Source of the DNA: Asterionella formosa
Taxonomy: Eukaryota
Assembly: GCA_002256025.1 (NCBI GenBank)
Contig: NKIB01013534.1
Coordinates: 1 to 55,856 of the forward strand
Direction: 5' to 3'
DNA: 55,856 nucleotides
Below are positions 11,951 to 24,670 of the stretch, piece after piece (positions within the stretch are counted from its first letter, which is position 1; each line of letters opens with the position of its first letter). Made by a program: the position numbers and the translations under genes. The notes below the pieces were generated by a model. That model was not told the DNA's origin. It made no database searches and saw only the letters and a list, made by a program, of their open reading frames with translations.

Positions 11951-13892
11951 CAATATAGAAAAGGGGAACATTGGCTGTTTAACCACACAACAAAATGTAG
12001 CAACATAAAAATGATTTCGTGATATAATAGTAAAATTGCAATCCATTTCAACCTATTTTTAACAGCTATTTCGATTAGAGTTACCATCATGTAAGGCAGG
12101 ATAGGTATATGATAAAAAGAATACTATATATCATAGGGTAATCGTCTGAAAATAAAAACTATCATATTTCCATGATGCATCATAGGATTGTGATTATCTG
12201 ATCATAATTTTTCGTTATATCATCTAATAATTTTGATAAATGCCTTTGTAATTTAAATAGTAACCCTTTTGACTACATATATTTAATTATTATATGTATT
12301 GTTTCTATTTGATTCCTGTATTCGAATTTCTTGGTAGGATAATGTACCAGTCCAAGTAATGTAATTTGGCTTGTCATTTCCATCCGTCATCACTCCGATT
12401 TTTGCAACAACAACGAAATACTAGCGATGACAAGCGGAATGAATGTTTGCGATGACATCTTCAATTTGTTGGTCAAGTGATCATTATATCTTCGAGTAAT
12501 CGTCATGTGCAGTGAACCTTTGTTCATAATCATTCAATTAAGAGTTTACAGGAGAGAAGAAATCATTGGAACTCGTAATGGTTCCGCACACAGTGCACAA
12601 AGTAAATCCATTTCGTCGAGTTCAGCATGACAATCTCGCCAATCAACCCGAAAACAAACACATTCTACTTGTTCTCGTTGACATTTTCAATTCTCACATG
12701 ATACTACATCTACTATTGAGATTCAGCATAGAAAGAGATACGAAAATTTGCGTAACAGACTACTGTCCACATAGCTAAAGAATAGTTATAGAATGATTCT
12801 GAATGGAGGAATGCATTTCATTTTCATATCGCTCGCTCGTTTCTGCATTTGGCATACTGTACTTGAATTAACTATTGAACTTGTCTGCATCTCTGATACC
12901 TTCAAGAGAGCGAAAGCAAGTGGCTCTTTTCATTGTTGTTTGCTCGTAGGAAGAATTTGATATCTGTATCGTCATTTGCTTGCTTGTTGGAACTGTCCGT
13001 TGCCTCAAACCTGCTTGGCGTGTGCATACACACAATGTCGACTTGTTTTCATTGGTATGTTGTTCTTGTATTCACTGTTGAACTTGTCCGCATCTTTGTT
13101 ACCATCAGTAGAGCGACAAGTGGGTCTCTTCATTGTTATTTGCTCCTGGAAAAGTCGGTGTCTGTGTCATCCTCATCAATAGAGAGACAAGTTCTTTCTT
13201 TGGAAAAATTGGTACTCGTGGTATCATCATTCGCTCGTTGGAACCACTGTCCGTTGCCTCAAACCTGATTAGCGTGTGAGTACCGGTATGTGCACTGTCG
13301 ACTTTTGTACATTACAGGCGGAGTGACTTTGCTACTAAATTGCGTGATATAATAATATACCCTGTAGCACGATGCAGAATACAGTTGCTTCCCAATCATC
13401 TCATCATGTTTGATAAGATTTTACTGTGATATCATGATAGGGTTACATCGATGCGTACATCACCAAAGTATGATACGTAATATTGAATAAAGTTTATCAC
13501 ATAGCTATGATACATTGATCATAAAACTATGATGATTTTATAAAATGTTGATGATATAATTTTGATCAAAATATGATTATGTTAAAATAATACAATGACA
13601 ATAAAATACGATAAAATATGTACGCAAGTGTTACCAAGACATCATAGAAAATCAATCAAGCAATCATAAAGGATGTTAATTAATATATATGTTTGTCGTT
13701 TAATGTATACAGTTAAAGTCAACAGTTAATATGATAGTATTATACAGTGGATAGGATCTAAGTATACGGATGCGTTGATATGTACATCACTATAATATGA
13801 TTTGTGACATGGATTGATGCATATCACATACCGGTATCCTCAACAACCAGCCATCACGTTCATTGTCGTGTCATCTTTCCTTGTTTTAGCTA

Positions 13893-16202
13893 CATCTAAG
13901 CCGCGAAATAAGCCACTTTTCAAAATTTCATTTACGTAGGAGTGTTAATGATGGGGTACTTGACATGAATTAATGCCACTCTTCCCGTAAAAAAGATTAC
14001 TTTCAACGGTTTCATGTGAAGTTTTAACAGTTTCATGTGAAGTTCTCACAATGAACTTTGAACTCGAGACTGAATTAGTTGATGTTTCAAATAATTCATT
14101 TCAAAGTTCAACTAATATCCTGCTCTCATGGCTAATTCATTTACTACAGGCATCTTTATTTGTGAAATAGTAAGGATATTTGTAGTGTCTTATTTCATGC
14201 ATGGACAATCTACAGTTTATATTTATGCACTTCACGAAAATAATATGAACTATTATAGTGAACAAGACTTCTCTTCGAGGTTCTCATGCGATGGTTCAGA
14301 ACCATATAGTGATTTCCAAGACAAAACTAGTTGATGTTACAACTACATATTTTAAAAGTTCAAGATAATATTGTTTTAGAGGATAAATCATTGCGAAATG
14401 CAACTCAAGTAACGTATGGTAGTACATATGCCGAGAAGGTATGAATCGGCCAAGAAATGACAGTGAAAAGAGTTTTCGCCATCCTCATGCACCAAATTGA
14501 CGCAACCATAAACATCGCCGCTGTAGGCTGAAGTAAGTGCGCATTGTCAATGTAAAATTCTTGGCAAATTGAACTCGCACTACACCAAAGCAACGCCGAC
14601 TCGAGAGAGTTTCCTTCAGCGCTTATCAGAAGCACTCATGCGATGATAGCTAACCAAGTTAAGTACTGGTACAAGCACCCCGATTGCGTGTTGTTGTCTT
14701 GCGCTGTGTCGTGGCTCAGTTGTTCTAACCCCTTGGCGCTTTTTTCCCTCAAATACTCCATCCGTACTCACAATTGGTAGATTGATTATCACAGCGAGGA
14801 TTGCAGTCATCGGACGCACGCTTAGTCAAAGTGGCCCTGCTGCAGAATTCAAATCTTTCCATTCCCAAACCAGGTTACAACAACTTGGGCAACAAACAAG
14901 AAGGTATGTTTTAATACGTTGGCTGTCAGGATTTCAGCACACCGCGCTTTGGGATCATTGGATTTTGGATTCAACCAAGTCGGCGATGATGGGATTAGAT
15001 CATAGGCACATGCTTTGTTTGGAACTGCCTTGCATACGCTCTACTTGGCAGGGAATCACATGCGGGAAAAAGGAGCCATGGCGTTGGCTGATGGGATCAG
15101 GAGAGGGTGCGCTGTGACCAAACTGCATTTGAATAGAAACCGATTAGGGCCAGATGGAGTGATTTTAGTAACAGAAGCCATTCTAGAAGATGAACTGAGA
15201 AGGAGAAAAACGTCATATGGAGTCAATGACACTCGAGGGAGAGATCCAAGAGCTCTTTTTAGGCGGAATAAGCCAATGGGTTGCAACGCAGTTGCTACAA
15301 TGCTCTGAATGTATGAATTACACAGAATTGAGGAAGACACAACAGATTAAAATTTCATCATGCAAGTGAATTGGTTAACTCATCAGTTGATTGTTTTCAA
15401 TATAAAACCCAGGCGTATTCTTTTACTATAGTAGGACGAGGCTAATGGTAGATCATTCAGTGCATGTGCAATAAGGAGTAGTAACTATTTGCTGTGGCCT
15501 CTCCCTCTTGTCATATTCGTTCAAGTCACACTTGTAGCCTCAGAAATTTTTCCCGACTAAAAGTCATTTCAAGGACAAGGAGGAAGCCAGTGTGATACAT
15601 TCCTGTTGCGATTTCGCACCATGATGCCTTTTCAAGAATGAATAATCTTTTCATTCAGAATGAACGGTTTCTGTTTGTCTTGCATTGTTGTTACAGACGT
15701 CTCATGATGCCTGCCTTCTCAAGACTGAAGATGCCATTCTGAAAGAAATGCTTTGTTTGATTGCACATCGAGATTTGTTTCCCATTTAATGTAAAATACC
15801 GGCAGTTGAATTAAAAATCAACATATTTGATTGTACTTTTAAATTACGTAAACAAATTTGATACATTACGTGAACTATATTATAGAATTACGTGAACAAA
15901 ATTATAAGGCAATGTGAACTAAATTACAGAATTAAGTGAAGTATTTCAAATAATTACGTGAAGGATTTCAAATAATTACATGAAGTATTTCAAATAATTA
16001 TGTGAAGGTGATCACGTAATATAGTGATGATCAGGAATGCATGCATGATACTCTGATCAAATAATTATCCTGATGTATTCAGATAATATATAGATATATT
16101 CAAGTAAGCATTTTGATGTATTAAATTAATTCATGTGATCCATTCAAAATCAACTAGGCTTATTCACTTGATGGTCAATTCACGTAATACGCGGCTTAGA
16201 TG
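13893..16202 (+). mobile_element. 2.3-kb non-autonomous TIR transposon (family B) carrying an LRR gene fragment (Pack-type)
   Basis: Perfect 13-bp TIR CATCTAAGCCGCG / CGCGGCTTAGATG with TA on both sides (13891-92, 16203-04). Both arms match 46164-49812 in inverted orientation. Confidence 0.85.
14830..15308 (+). pseudogene. Frameshifted fragment of an RI-like (NLRC3/RanGAP-type) leucine-rich repeat gene
   Basis: Fragments across frames: GYNNLGN, LGSLDFGFNQVGDDG, LHTLYLAGNHMREKGAMALADGI, VTKLHLNRNRLGPDGVILVTEAI (LxxLxLxxNxIGxxG pattern). Confidence 0.75.
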
Positions 16203-16773
16203 TATATATATGCCGGCATGTGTATTGTGTAAACACTGCGCTGGCGGAACATGCGTATTGAACTGTGCTCTGTTCAAGAATTACTACACTCGGCTACCAT
16301 CACACCAGTTCCACCTCCACAAGCGCCGCAAAAAGCTCCGCATTTCCCTTCAACTGTTTTACATCATAGTCTTCTGGTCCTTTGACCACTTTCCAAATGG
16401 CATTTCACGGATTTCATGGAAAGGATCAGTCAAACAAGAAACGAGACTTAGCTACTTCCATTGTTTACACTACACGACTTTCTGTTTTCGGAAAAGAAGA
16501 TGAAGAAAGTTATGAAATCAATCAAAGATTCATTTGAATAGACTCAAAGATCAAATGAATTTGAACAGATTCATAATATTCCAGAAAAAATAATGAAGTA
16601 GGCCGATACAATAGTGGCTGAGATTGGAAAGAAGGAAAGATTCCTTTCGAAGAGGAAACCCAAACAGTTGGTCTTCGTGGATGAAGACTCTATTCCTACA
16701 GAGTCACAGTTCCACCATCCAGTGTCGTATTTTGCTGCTCATTCTCCCGAAATCGCTGATAATGAAGAAGAAC

Positions 16774-17803
16774 TCAGTGATTCTCATTCATTTGATAAAA
16801 TTGATTATTCAATACATTCTGACATTCTCTCAACTTTTTTATGCACATGCCACCAAATGTTGATTTGATGTAATCTAAACGTGCCTTGTTGGTATGTTCA
16901 ATGGTCTGATTCATTGGAAGTAGTGCATCAGAACCATTCCATATGAAATCGGCAAGCTCTGGGTCACTCTCCACTTCTTTGCCTAACTCCGGTTTCACTG
17001 TGTATAGCCGAGTTAGGCAACATTCGGCAAACCAATCCTTTTTGTGATTGGAAATGCCTTTCATACTACTTGGACCAGATAGACAGGGCGGGATGTTTGA
17101 TTCTCTTTTGGGACCAGAAAAAAGCACATTAGATTGATATTCTGTTTTACAGTACCGGTACCTGCAATTCACGAACTATAACATCAAACTTACATGTTCA
17201 CAGCAAAACTTTTTGGTCTTGAAAATAAAACTCACAACCTTTGTGACAATTGTTGGTTCAATTTTAGCTAAGCGAGAACGATGTTCTGAGAAGGCTGCTG
17301 AAATTGAAGAGTCTTGATATCCTTGTATGGACAAGCGAGTTTTGAACCGAATTACGACCTTTGTAGTGATTGAGTTCATTGATCAATTGATAATATCCTT
17401 TGGCAAGTGCAAAATGTTTTTCCCTCAGATTGTCATGTACTTGTTGGTCTGTGTGATTAGAAAATTTATGATATGGTTCCATGTCATCCATCTGCATCCT
17501 GGAGTTATTAATGGTATCATCGACAGGAGCCATTTTTCTTGTATCAATAACTGAAGTAGAAACGTCATCATAGCTGTCAGTATCAATTACGGGATCCTTT
17601 GTACTAGTAGCTGATGGTGTCCCCATCAACGATGGGGTATTACCCCCAACGTCTCCCAATCGCCGATTGGGTTGCTTTGGATAATCGGCTGTTCGCTTTT
17701 TCTTTGTTAACACATTTTGGAACTTGCTTCTTTGTTCCATACCGGCAGTATTTGCCACATGTCGCTTGTTTCCATGAACCTCTTTATGGTTTCTTGAAGA
17801 CAT
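16774..17803 (-). pseudogene. Broken ORF with a Cys-rich (zinc-finger-like) segment inside the nested block
   Basis: Consecutive fragments 17264-17803, 17176-17379 and 16774-17172 are interrupted by stops and frameshifts; CCEH…CRYRYC…CL…H…CC pattern. Confidence 0.35.
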
Positions 17804-18014
17804 TGTAATACTAGATAACTGTTGTCGTTATCTTGTTCCTTAAAGTTCGATGATCTTAAATTCAGGTGTTGCTAGTTACAATGAAATGAATCATCAGCCA
17901 CTACAAATAATATTTTACGCTGTCTACATATGATGATACCATAAGACCAACAGTGCTATTTACATCATCATTTCCAAAATCAGAACCGAGTTTGAGTAAT
18001 AGCATATCTTGTTT

Positions 18015-18468
18015 TCAATTATACGATTGTACAATCCTGATACTATGATGCTTTACTTTCCCAATGTAGTAGCAACAGTCCAGAACATATGGTATTCTGT
18101 TGCTCGCTTACTACTCCGACTACCGCTTTTCAGTTTTACGATCATACAATCCTAAATCTATGATGATTTACTGTCCCGCTGCAGTAGCAGCAGTTATGAA
18201 CATATGGTGTTCTGTTGCTCGCTTATTACTCCGACCATCTTTTATAGTATTATGATCATATGATCCTAAAACTATGATGATTTACTGTCCCGCTGCAGTA
18301 GCAGCAGTCATAGACATATGGTGTTCTGTTGCTCGCTTATTATTCCGACTATTGGTTTTTAGTTTTACGATCATACGATCCTAAAACTATGATGATTTAC
18401 TGTCCCACTGCAGTAGCAACAGTCCTGAACATATGGTGTTCTGTTGCTACTTTACTACTCCGACTACC
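18015..18468. repeat. Tandem array, ~115-bp unit x4
   Basis: acatatggtgttctgttgctcgctta…tccgac recurs at ~18085, 18200, 18314 and 18429. Confidence 0.95.
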
Positions 18469-20559
18469 CCCAGTATATCACTTACTACCTGCTACTGGTA
18501 CTCTGTGTATATATTTTGTTAGATGATGTATCGGTACACATGAAGAGCTCCCGCCCAAAAAAGGGGCTTAAACAAATGCTACCAAAACCCTTGCGGTTAT
18601 GACTTAAACCAATTGAATGGTCAAAATAATTAGTTTCAACGGACGTAGAAAATATCGATGCAAACAAATTTCGGAAACAATTCCGGTACACATAGTGGAA
18701 AACAATGGACATAGCTATAGTGCATTGAGTATTTTCGAATTATGTATATGCGAGTATGATCATCTCAACCATCTCAGATGTTCCATATCGAGAGCGCCTT
18801 TGAATTTTATAAATGTATAACACTTAATATATATATATATATTTACAAATTTTATTACTATATTCATGGCATATTTATTTTTGAAATCGTTCTGTCATGT
18901 TAACAAACAATGCCTGCTGCTTCATGAAAAGATACGTCGTAGTTAAGCACATGACAAGCAAAGAAACTTTACGCAATAGAAAACGAAAAACATTGTGGCT
19001 TCGACTCATTGCGCATTCGAAGGATGGAGAGTGTTTAAGGTAATGAAGCCATCAATGTGGTACTTGGATGACAATAGTTGGGAGGCAGGCAGCACAACAA
19101 CAAATTGTTAACTAAACGCACATTTCCTATTATCTCAGTTGTTTCAACAGCTCGTTTCGCTTGTTGGGGAGCACCAATGTAAAACAAAACCAAATTGCGT
19201 AAGTGCTCTTGTCGCTCGTTGGACCTATTCACTTCTGTTGGAACAATACTGACAAAAACCTTCTCTCAAAGTTAAGCTGACAAAAATGAACCGGTAAGTT
19301 TTATTCGACAACATTGGATACCCGAAACTTACTTATTTAAGAATTTACTGACAATTTAGTGTAATAGACTTATTCATCTGTTGCATTGATTTGTGGTAAG
19401 TGAAGCAAGAAGATATGGTGGAATTGTGTGTCGTTGTGTCAATGTAACATGACTAGCTAACAAATCATTCCTTCTCATTGTTACTGTAACTGCATAGGAC
19501 AATAAAACCAATCAAACAACGGAATGGTCGGTGAGTTCAGAGTGTCACTAAATGCAGGGAGAAATGCGAGACATTAAGCACTGCATGGCGCAAGATTCAG
19601 AATAGAGGAAGGAAAGGGCGAGACAGGAACAATATACATTGATCTGAGTAGAGAGAGAAACGTTGGGTTGCTGGCCTGTAGAATCATAGATAGCATTGCT
19701 AAATTTGATAGTTAAATTACGATCCATTTCAATCTATTTTAAACAATGCTTGTGATTTCTTTTATGATCATGTTTAAGATAGATATACGATGAAACAATT
19801 CACCTGATAGCATAGTGCTGAGCTGATTTTAGGATGCGTTGTAGTTAAAATTTACATTTGGCGATCACGAGAAGTGAAAATAATATGAGAAGGTTTATGA
19901 TATTGACGAGAAATGTTGTTGATCAGTTTATATACATTGTGGTGTGATGATAATGCTCTTATTATCATTATACTTCAAGGTTGGTAACATATTAATAAAT
20001 CATCATAGTTACAAGATACCATGATCATATTTTTGATCCAAAAATTATCATATATACGAAAATCCTGTGCCACTTAGCGTACGATACCCTTGATCCTATA
20101 TGCATCATGATACTTTTTATTTGCAGACGATGTTTTGACAATTATATGGTGGTTTGATTATTATGAGTAAGCTTAGCCTGTTCACTTTTATAGTATTATT
20201 TTTTCATACATATAACGAAATATGTATTATGCACAGAAAAATCTGTGCCAGTTATCGTATGATACCCCTGATCTTATAAGTACGATATTTTTATTTGCAG
20301 ACACATGCTGCTGCGGAATCCAACATTGTCCTGCTTCCTCTGCGTGTCTGCTGATTCCACTCTTGATCCCACTCGTGCTATTGCAGACCCCTTTCCTATT
20401 ATTGTGTATGATGGTGGACTCCACTTGCGTCTGTACACCAAGCAATCCTACCACCTCTGCATTCGAAGTCTACCAACCTGGTAGTGTTGTCTTTGTCCGC
20501 CTTAATTCTGCTGGTGATGTATCTGAGGATATTGTCAATTCTGTCCCCACCTCTCTCCA

Positions 20560-20733
20560 TGTTGAGAGGGAGAAACGCTTGCAATGGATGCCAGCGGCAG
20601 CTACATTAACAAGGAACTGAGATTCTAAAGTAGTATTTAACTAGCTGTTGAGGGACCAGTAGTACTCACGGGAATTAAGCTCTTACAGGAATCTTGGTAG
20701 GATATACGGAGTAACCGGCATATGGTACCAACA
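20560..20733 (-). repeat. 5' LTR (174 bp)
   Basis: Direct repeat of 9384-9554 with TG…CA ends. Confidence 0.85.
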
Positions 20734-20822
20734 CCTGGTGCTATGTACCTGGTACTTGGTACTACCAGGTACTTCCTACAGATACTTCTACGGTACCTGG
20801 TACTGTTCCAAGGTCCCATGTA

Positions 20823-20920
20823 CCAGCAAGTTGCTGTAATTTTGCTGAAACTAAAAGGTTAGCTATCTTTATCCGATATTAAATTGTTGGTTTAAGCAAA
20901 ATTACCGCGACGTGCACAGG
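20823..20920. mobile_element. ~95-bp MITE family A
   Basis: ta|ccagcaagttgctgtaattttgctgaaa…gcaaaattaccgcgacgtgcacagg; lies ~300 bp upstream of the pebA-like gene. Confidence 0.8.
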
Positions 20921-21220
20921 ACTAGGTCTAGTCTAGCGTATTGTTAGTTTGTGTGGGGGTGGTTGCTTGAACTGAGGATCGCAAAAGATCGCAAAGTTGA
21001 ACCAAATCTGTCTGTGCCTCGATCGCTACGTTTTTCCTCGTACTGCAAGTCCCTAGAGTGGCCCTACCTTCATGTATCGGTGGTTGGCACACGACTCTTG
21101 TAACCTTTCTGCAACTATAGCAGGTACCCGTACATTCTTCAACACCCATCATTCTTTCGTCGTTGTGAATAGAATCATTGATCAACCTTCCTTCGGCAAA
21201 GTCAGCAAGTCTCAACAACA

Positions 21221-22360
21221 ATGAAGGCTCAGAGTTTGCTCCTATTGGTGCCCGTTGTAGCTGCGTTCCGATCGACAGCCCCCCGCCATCCGTTCATTGG
21301 ACCTGGTCGGTCAACAGGCGAATCTTCCACTCACTCGGTCGATATCGAAGGAGGTGCGATTGGATTATTGAAGCTTGAGGCTTCGGTGAAGCCCCGTCCC
21401 CTTTCGCCACATGTCGCGATCGAGGAAGCAGAAGCGACACGAGGCATGCCTTGGACTGCATCCATAGATGCGGCTCTTGGCGAAGACGCCCTCCTCTACA
21501 TGCCGTTCTGGGAATGGCAATTGGATTTCATGAAGAGCCATCTCACTGATCTTCGGGTGGAACCCACAACATTTGAAGATTTCGACTTCTCCTTCAAGGA
21601 AAACACTGACAAGAAGGCAAGAATCGTTAACCTCAACTTTTCATGCCGCGAATATCGCAAAATTCGCATGACATACTACGACGCCGGCGCGAACACACAA
21701 GTTTTCAACTCGGTCTTTTATCCTGCGCCGGAATACAACCTTCCGGTACTGGGAATCGACCTGCTAGCATTTAACCGCAAAAAGTATCTGGCGATTGTCG
21801 ACTTCCAGCCTATTCACAAGGTGGAAGCCGATCACGCTCAGCGCTTTGAACACATTTTGTCTCCCATCAAAGAAAAGTACGAGTCTCTCAAGGGACGCAT
21901 GTCTACCAAATTCTACGATGAGACGCAATTCTTCTCACAGCAAATGCTCTTTGCTCGCTTCGAAGAAGAGCAAATCATCTCCAAGGACTTGCTTCCTGCC
22001 TTTCAACAGTACGTTCACACACACCTTGACTTGATCAAGTCAACCACTCCAGAACCATTGCTTAGATACAAAGTATTGGAGCGTCAACAAGCATATGACA
22101 CTTACTCGGCAGAGCGTGATCCTGCCACTGGGCTGTTTGCTGCTATGTTTGGAAAGGAATGGGCTGATGGCTTTGTCTACGACTTTTTGTTCAGTCTTAG
22201 TGAAAAGAAGGAAGGTGGCATTCCTGCATTCATGCCACCAGGTATGGGGGGAGCACCCATGGGAGGGAACCCGTATGCCAATGGTGGAGCGCCCGTACGA
22301 GGGAACCCATACGCCAATGGTGGCGCCCCTCAGCTAGTGCCTGCTGTTGCCTCCGCATAA
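21221..22360 (+). CDS. pebA: Plastid-targeted ferredoxin-dependent bilin reductase, PebA-type (15,16-dihydrobiliverdin:ferredoxin oxidoreductase)
   Basis: Motifs QVFNSVFYP, LPVLGIDLL, AIVDFQP, FYDETQFFS and YDTYSAERDPATGLFAAMFGKEW match PebA; signal peptide ends VVAA-F (ASAFAP-type). Confidence 0.85.
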   Translation: MKAQSLLLLVPVVAAFRSTAPRHPFIGPGRSTGESSTHSVDIEGGAIGLLKLEASVKPRPLSPHVAIEEAEATRGMPWTASIDAALGEDALLYMPFWEWQLDFMKSHLTDLRVEPTTFEDFDFSFKENTDKKARIVNLNFSCREYRKIRMTYYDAGANTQVFNSVFYPAPEYNLPVLGIDLLAFNRKKYLAIVDFQPIHKVEADHAQRFEHILSPIKEKYESLKGRMSTKFYDETQFFSQQMLFARFEEEQIISKDLLPAFQQYVHTHLDLIKSTTPEPLLRYKVLERQQAYDTYSAERDPATGLFAAMFGKEWADGFVYDFLFSLSEKKEGGIPAFMPPGMGGAPMGGNPYANGGAPVRGNPYANGGAPQLVPAVASA

Positions 22361-22557
22361 AAGCTATGTACTGCAAGCAATGAGCAACGACAGATGTCGT
22401 ACATCCGATTTTGTTGTATTGAGACTGTAAGAATAATAACATGAAATAGATACTGCGTTTTTGATAACTGGCCGCTAAAGCTTTCTTTCATAATTGTGCT
22501 ACTCCTTCTCATCACTACTTCAAATTTGAAAAAATTGGGTAGCAATCAACAAAAAAG

Positions 22558-23885
22558 CTAGAGGTAAGCAATAGCTCCGTTAAATCGAAAGTCCACAATC
22601 TTCCAGTTGAGTTCACCCTTCTCAACGTTGTACTCTCTCTGAAAAGCGGCGACATACGAGTTGGCTCTTATGTCGTCTTCTGATCCTTCCACAACACTGC
22701 CATCCTTCTTCCTCACACAGTTGATTTGTTGGCACATGAAATGAAGCAATATGAGAGGCGACCCTTTTTCTACATCGTCGGGCTATAGGGAAAAATAAAT
22801 GGTGAGAACGAAATTTTTGTGGCTCCTGGCTGTAGCACATAAAGCCACAATCATGAGCTTCGAATTAAAATGATTCAACAGGCTCACCTCAATAGCCAAA
22901 ATTTCTGAATTCATAATAGCCAGCACATGCGTGTCAATCTCAACTCCTTCTTGTTTTCTGGCCGTAATCTCAGCTGCGATTCTCTTGAAGACTCCCTCAG
23001 ACAACCACGGCTTGAGTTGATTGATTTTTCCTTCCAACAACCACGTCATGATTTTAGGAAGAGTGTGTTCAACAACATCTTCTTTCCATTCCTCTAGTGT
23101 AAAGTCTGGATCCAATTTTCGCAAATCCCTAACTGCAACAGCATACTCTGATTCGGCCGTGATTGTGTCATACACACTGCTGACTCGATAAACCCATGGA
23201 TTTTGAGACGTTTCCCACGCTTCGCGAGCGTCTTCCCTCAAGTGATCGACTTTTTGTTTAACCTGCTTGGCACCCGATCGTTCAAACATCTCTTCCGTCG
23301 TTCCGAGAATACCTGTTGGGTGTGACATGATTGATGAAATGGTTGAGTTCGGTGAACGCTCGATACATATTCAGAATTGCCCTTCATTTACAAAATGTCT
23401 CTTTCGGCTTCCATGCACTTACTCTGAATAATAGGAGCCTCTGTCAACCTTCGCTGCATTCTCTGCCAAGCTGTCAAGTGTTCCGAAGGATCAATGACCA
23501 TAATATCGACAGGGCCTGTATATGCTGAATCCCCTTCCTCTGTTTCCTGCGGTCTAATTTTCTTGTTAATGTCCTTGGGCCCGCCACTCTTGACTAGATC
23601 CTGCCAAGTCGCGGTGACTTCGTCTTGGAAGCGGCCGAAAAAGTCGGCAGCCTTTCGAAAGAAATCAGTAGTGTCAGGAGATTCGGGTGTCTTCTCTTCG
23701 TCCTCCTTTCCTTCGGTATTGATTCGATGGATTGCGTCTTTGAGCGAATCTTTCTCCTTTTCTGTTGAAAAGTGCAGCGCCGCCATTGCTGTCTGCGGTT
23801 TCCTTGAGAATGACAGTGGAGGCGTGTGTATGGAAAGAGAGCGCCTTCCTACCAATCGAAGCGCTCGCAATGAATAGGCGGACAT
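22558..23885 (-). CDS. TIM44: Mitochondrial import inner membrane translocase subunit Tim44 (3 exons: 23885-23423, 23312-22888, 22782-22558)
   Basis: Arg-rich mitochondrial presequence; WETSQNPWVY, LDPDF, and C-terminal QQINCVRKKDGSVVEGSEDDI…WKIVD. GT-AG introns join in frame (IIQ-S-ILG; AIE-PDDVEKG). Confidence 0.92.
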
Positions 23886-24670
23886 GAAGGTTATTTATTG
23901 CTCTACCGGGTAGTTGGAGGCAATCGATGGGAAAGTGAAAGAAATATACAAGCAGTCAAATGCCACTAATACAGCCAAAGCAAGTCTGAACTATTATTAA
24001 TTATTTGCTTCGTCGGTAGCAAAACGACCGGTACACCACCTAATATTCATTCATACCATCATACTTACTATATCGCCATCCCTCGAAGGAAAACGAATGG
24101 GAGCATGCAGAATGCAAGATCAGGATCATCGCTACGAAGCAAAGGCAGCGCCAGTCGCCTGCGTGAGCGCGCAAGCCCCATGCTGTATGTCCTGTACATA
24201 CGACAGTAACTGGTACTACCGGTAGGTTTCTTTGTGGAGGCACTCCTCTGATCCCTTTTGCATTGTATGTACCAGTTCCGGTAGCTAAGTCCGTTGGTTC
24301 ACGTATGATGTACAGGCCATTTGGCTCCGAAGACCATTTAACTACCGTAGTATCGACTTCGGTAATCTAACTTCACAATATCTAGAAACTACTTCCGACG
24401 TAGATACATTGTTTCGGTTTTAGACTGTAGTCTTCTCAGCATACATAAAGGCTTCTATTATAACACATATACTACCTGAAACTCTGCAAAGACATACATA
24501 CCGGTAGGGATATAGAACGCAATCAGATAGTAAGCGAAGACAGAATTTCTTCTCCATTCTTTTGTGGTCATCCTGATCAGTATGTATACCAATACTATCG
24601 GTACCACAAAAGTCTTCGGTCCCCTGGACGTGTTATAGCAAACTTCCTGGCACTTGTAGGTTGTTTTGGC

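Larger units (their letters stand above)
9384..20733 (-). mobile_element. Decayed copia-like LTR retrotransposon inflated by nested insertions
   Basis: Direct repeats at 9384-9554 and 20560-20733 with TGTTG…CAACA ends. On the minus strand a PPT TTGAGGGGGG abuts the 9554 LTR and a PBS-like TGGAGAGAGGTGGG follows the other LTR. CCTGG lies on both outer flanks (9373-9377, then extra TG repeats; 20734-20738). RNase H-end-like ARFLRLRN precedes the PPT. Confidence 0.8.

Noticed and set aside
11548..12090. 180-aa ORF as a real gene
   Set aside because: Its length comes from a stop-free minisatellite; no recognisable domain.
18015..18468. CRISPR-like array
   Set aside because: Units are similar along their whole 115-bp length with no unique spacers; there are no cas genes and the context is eukaryotic.
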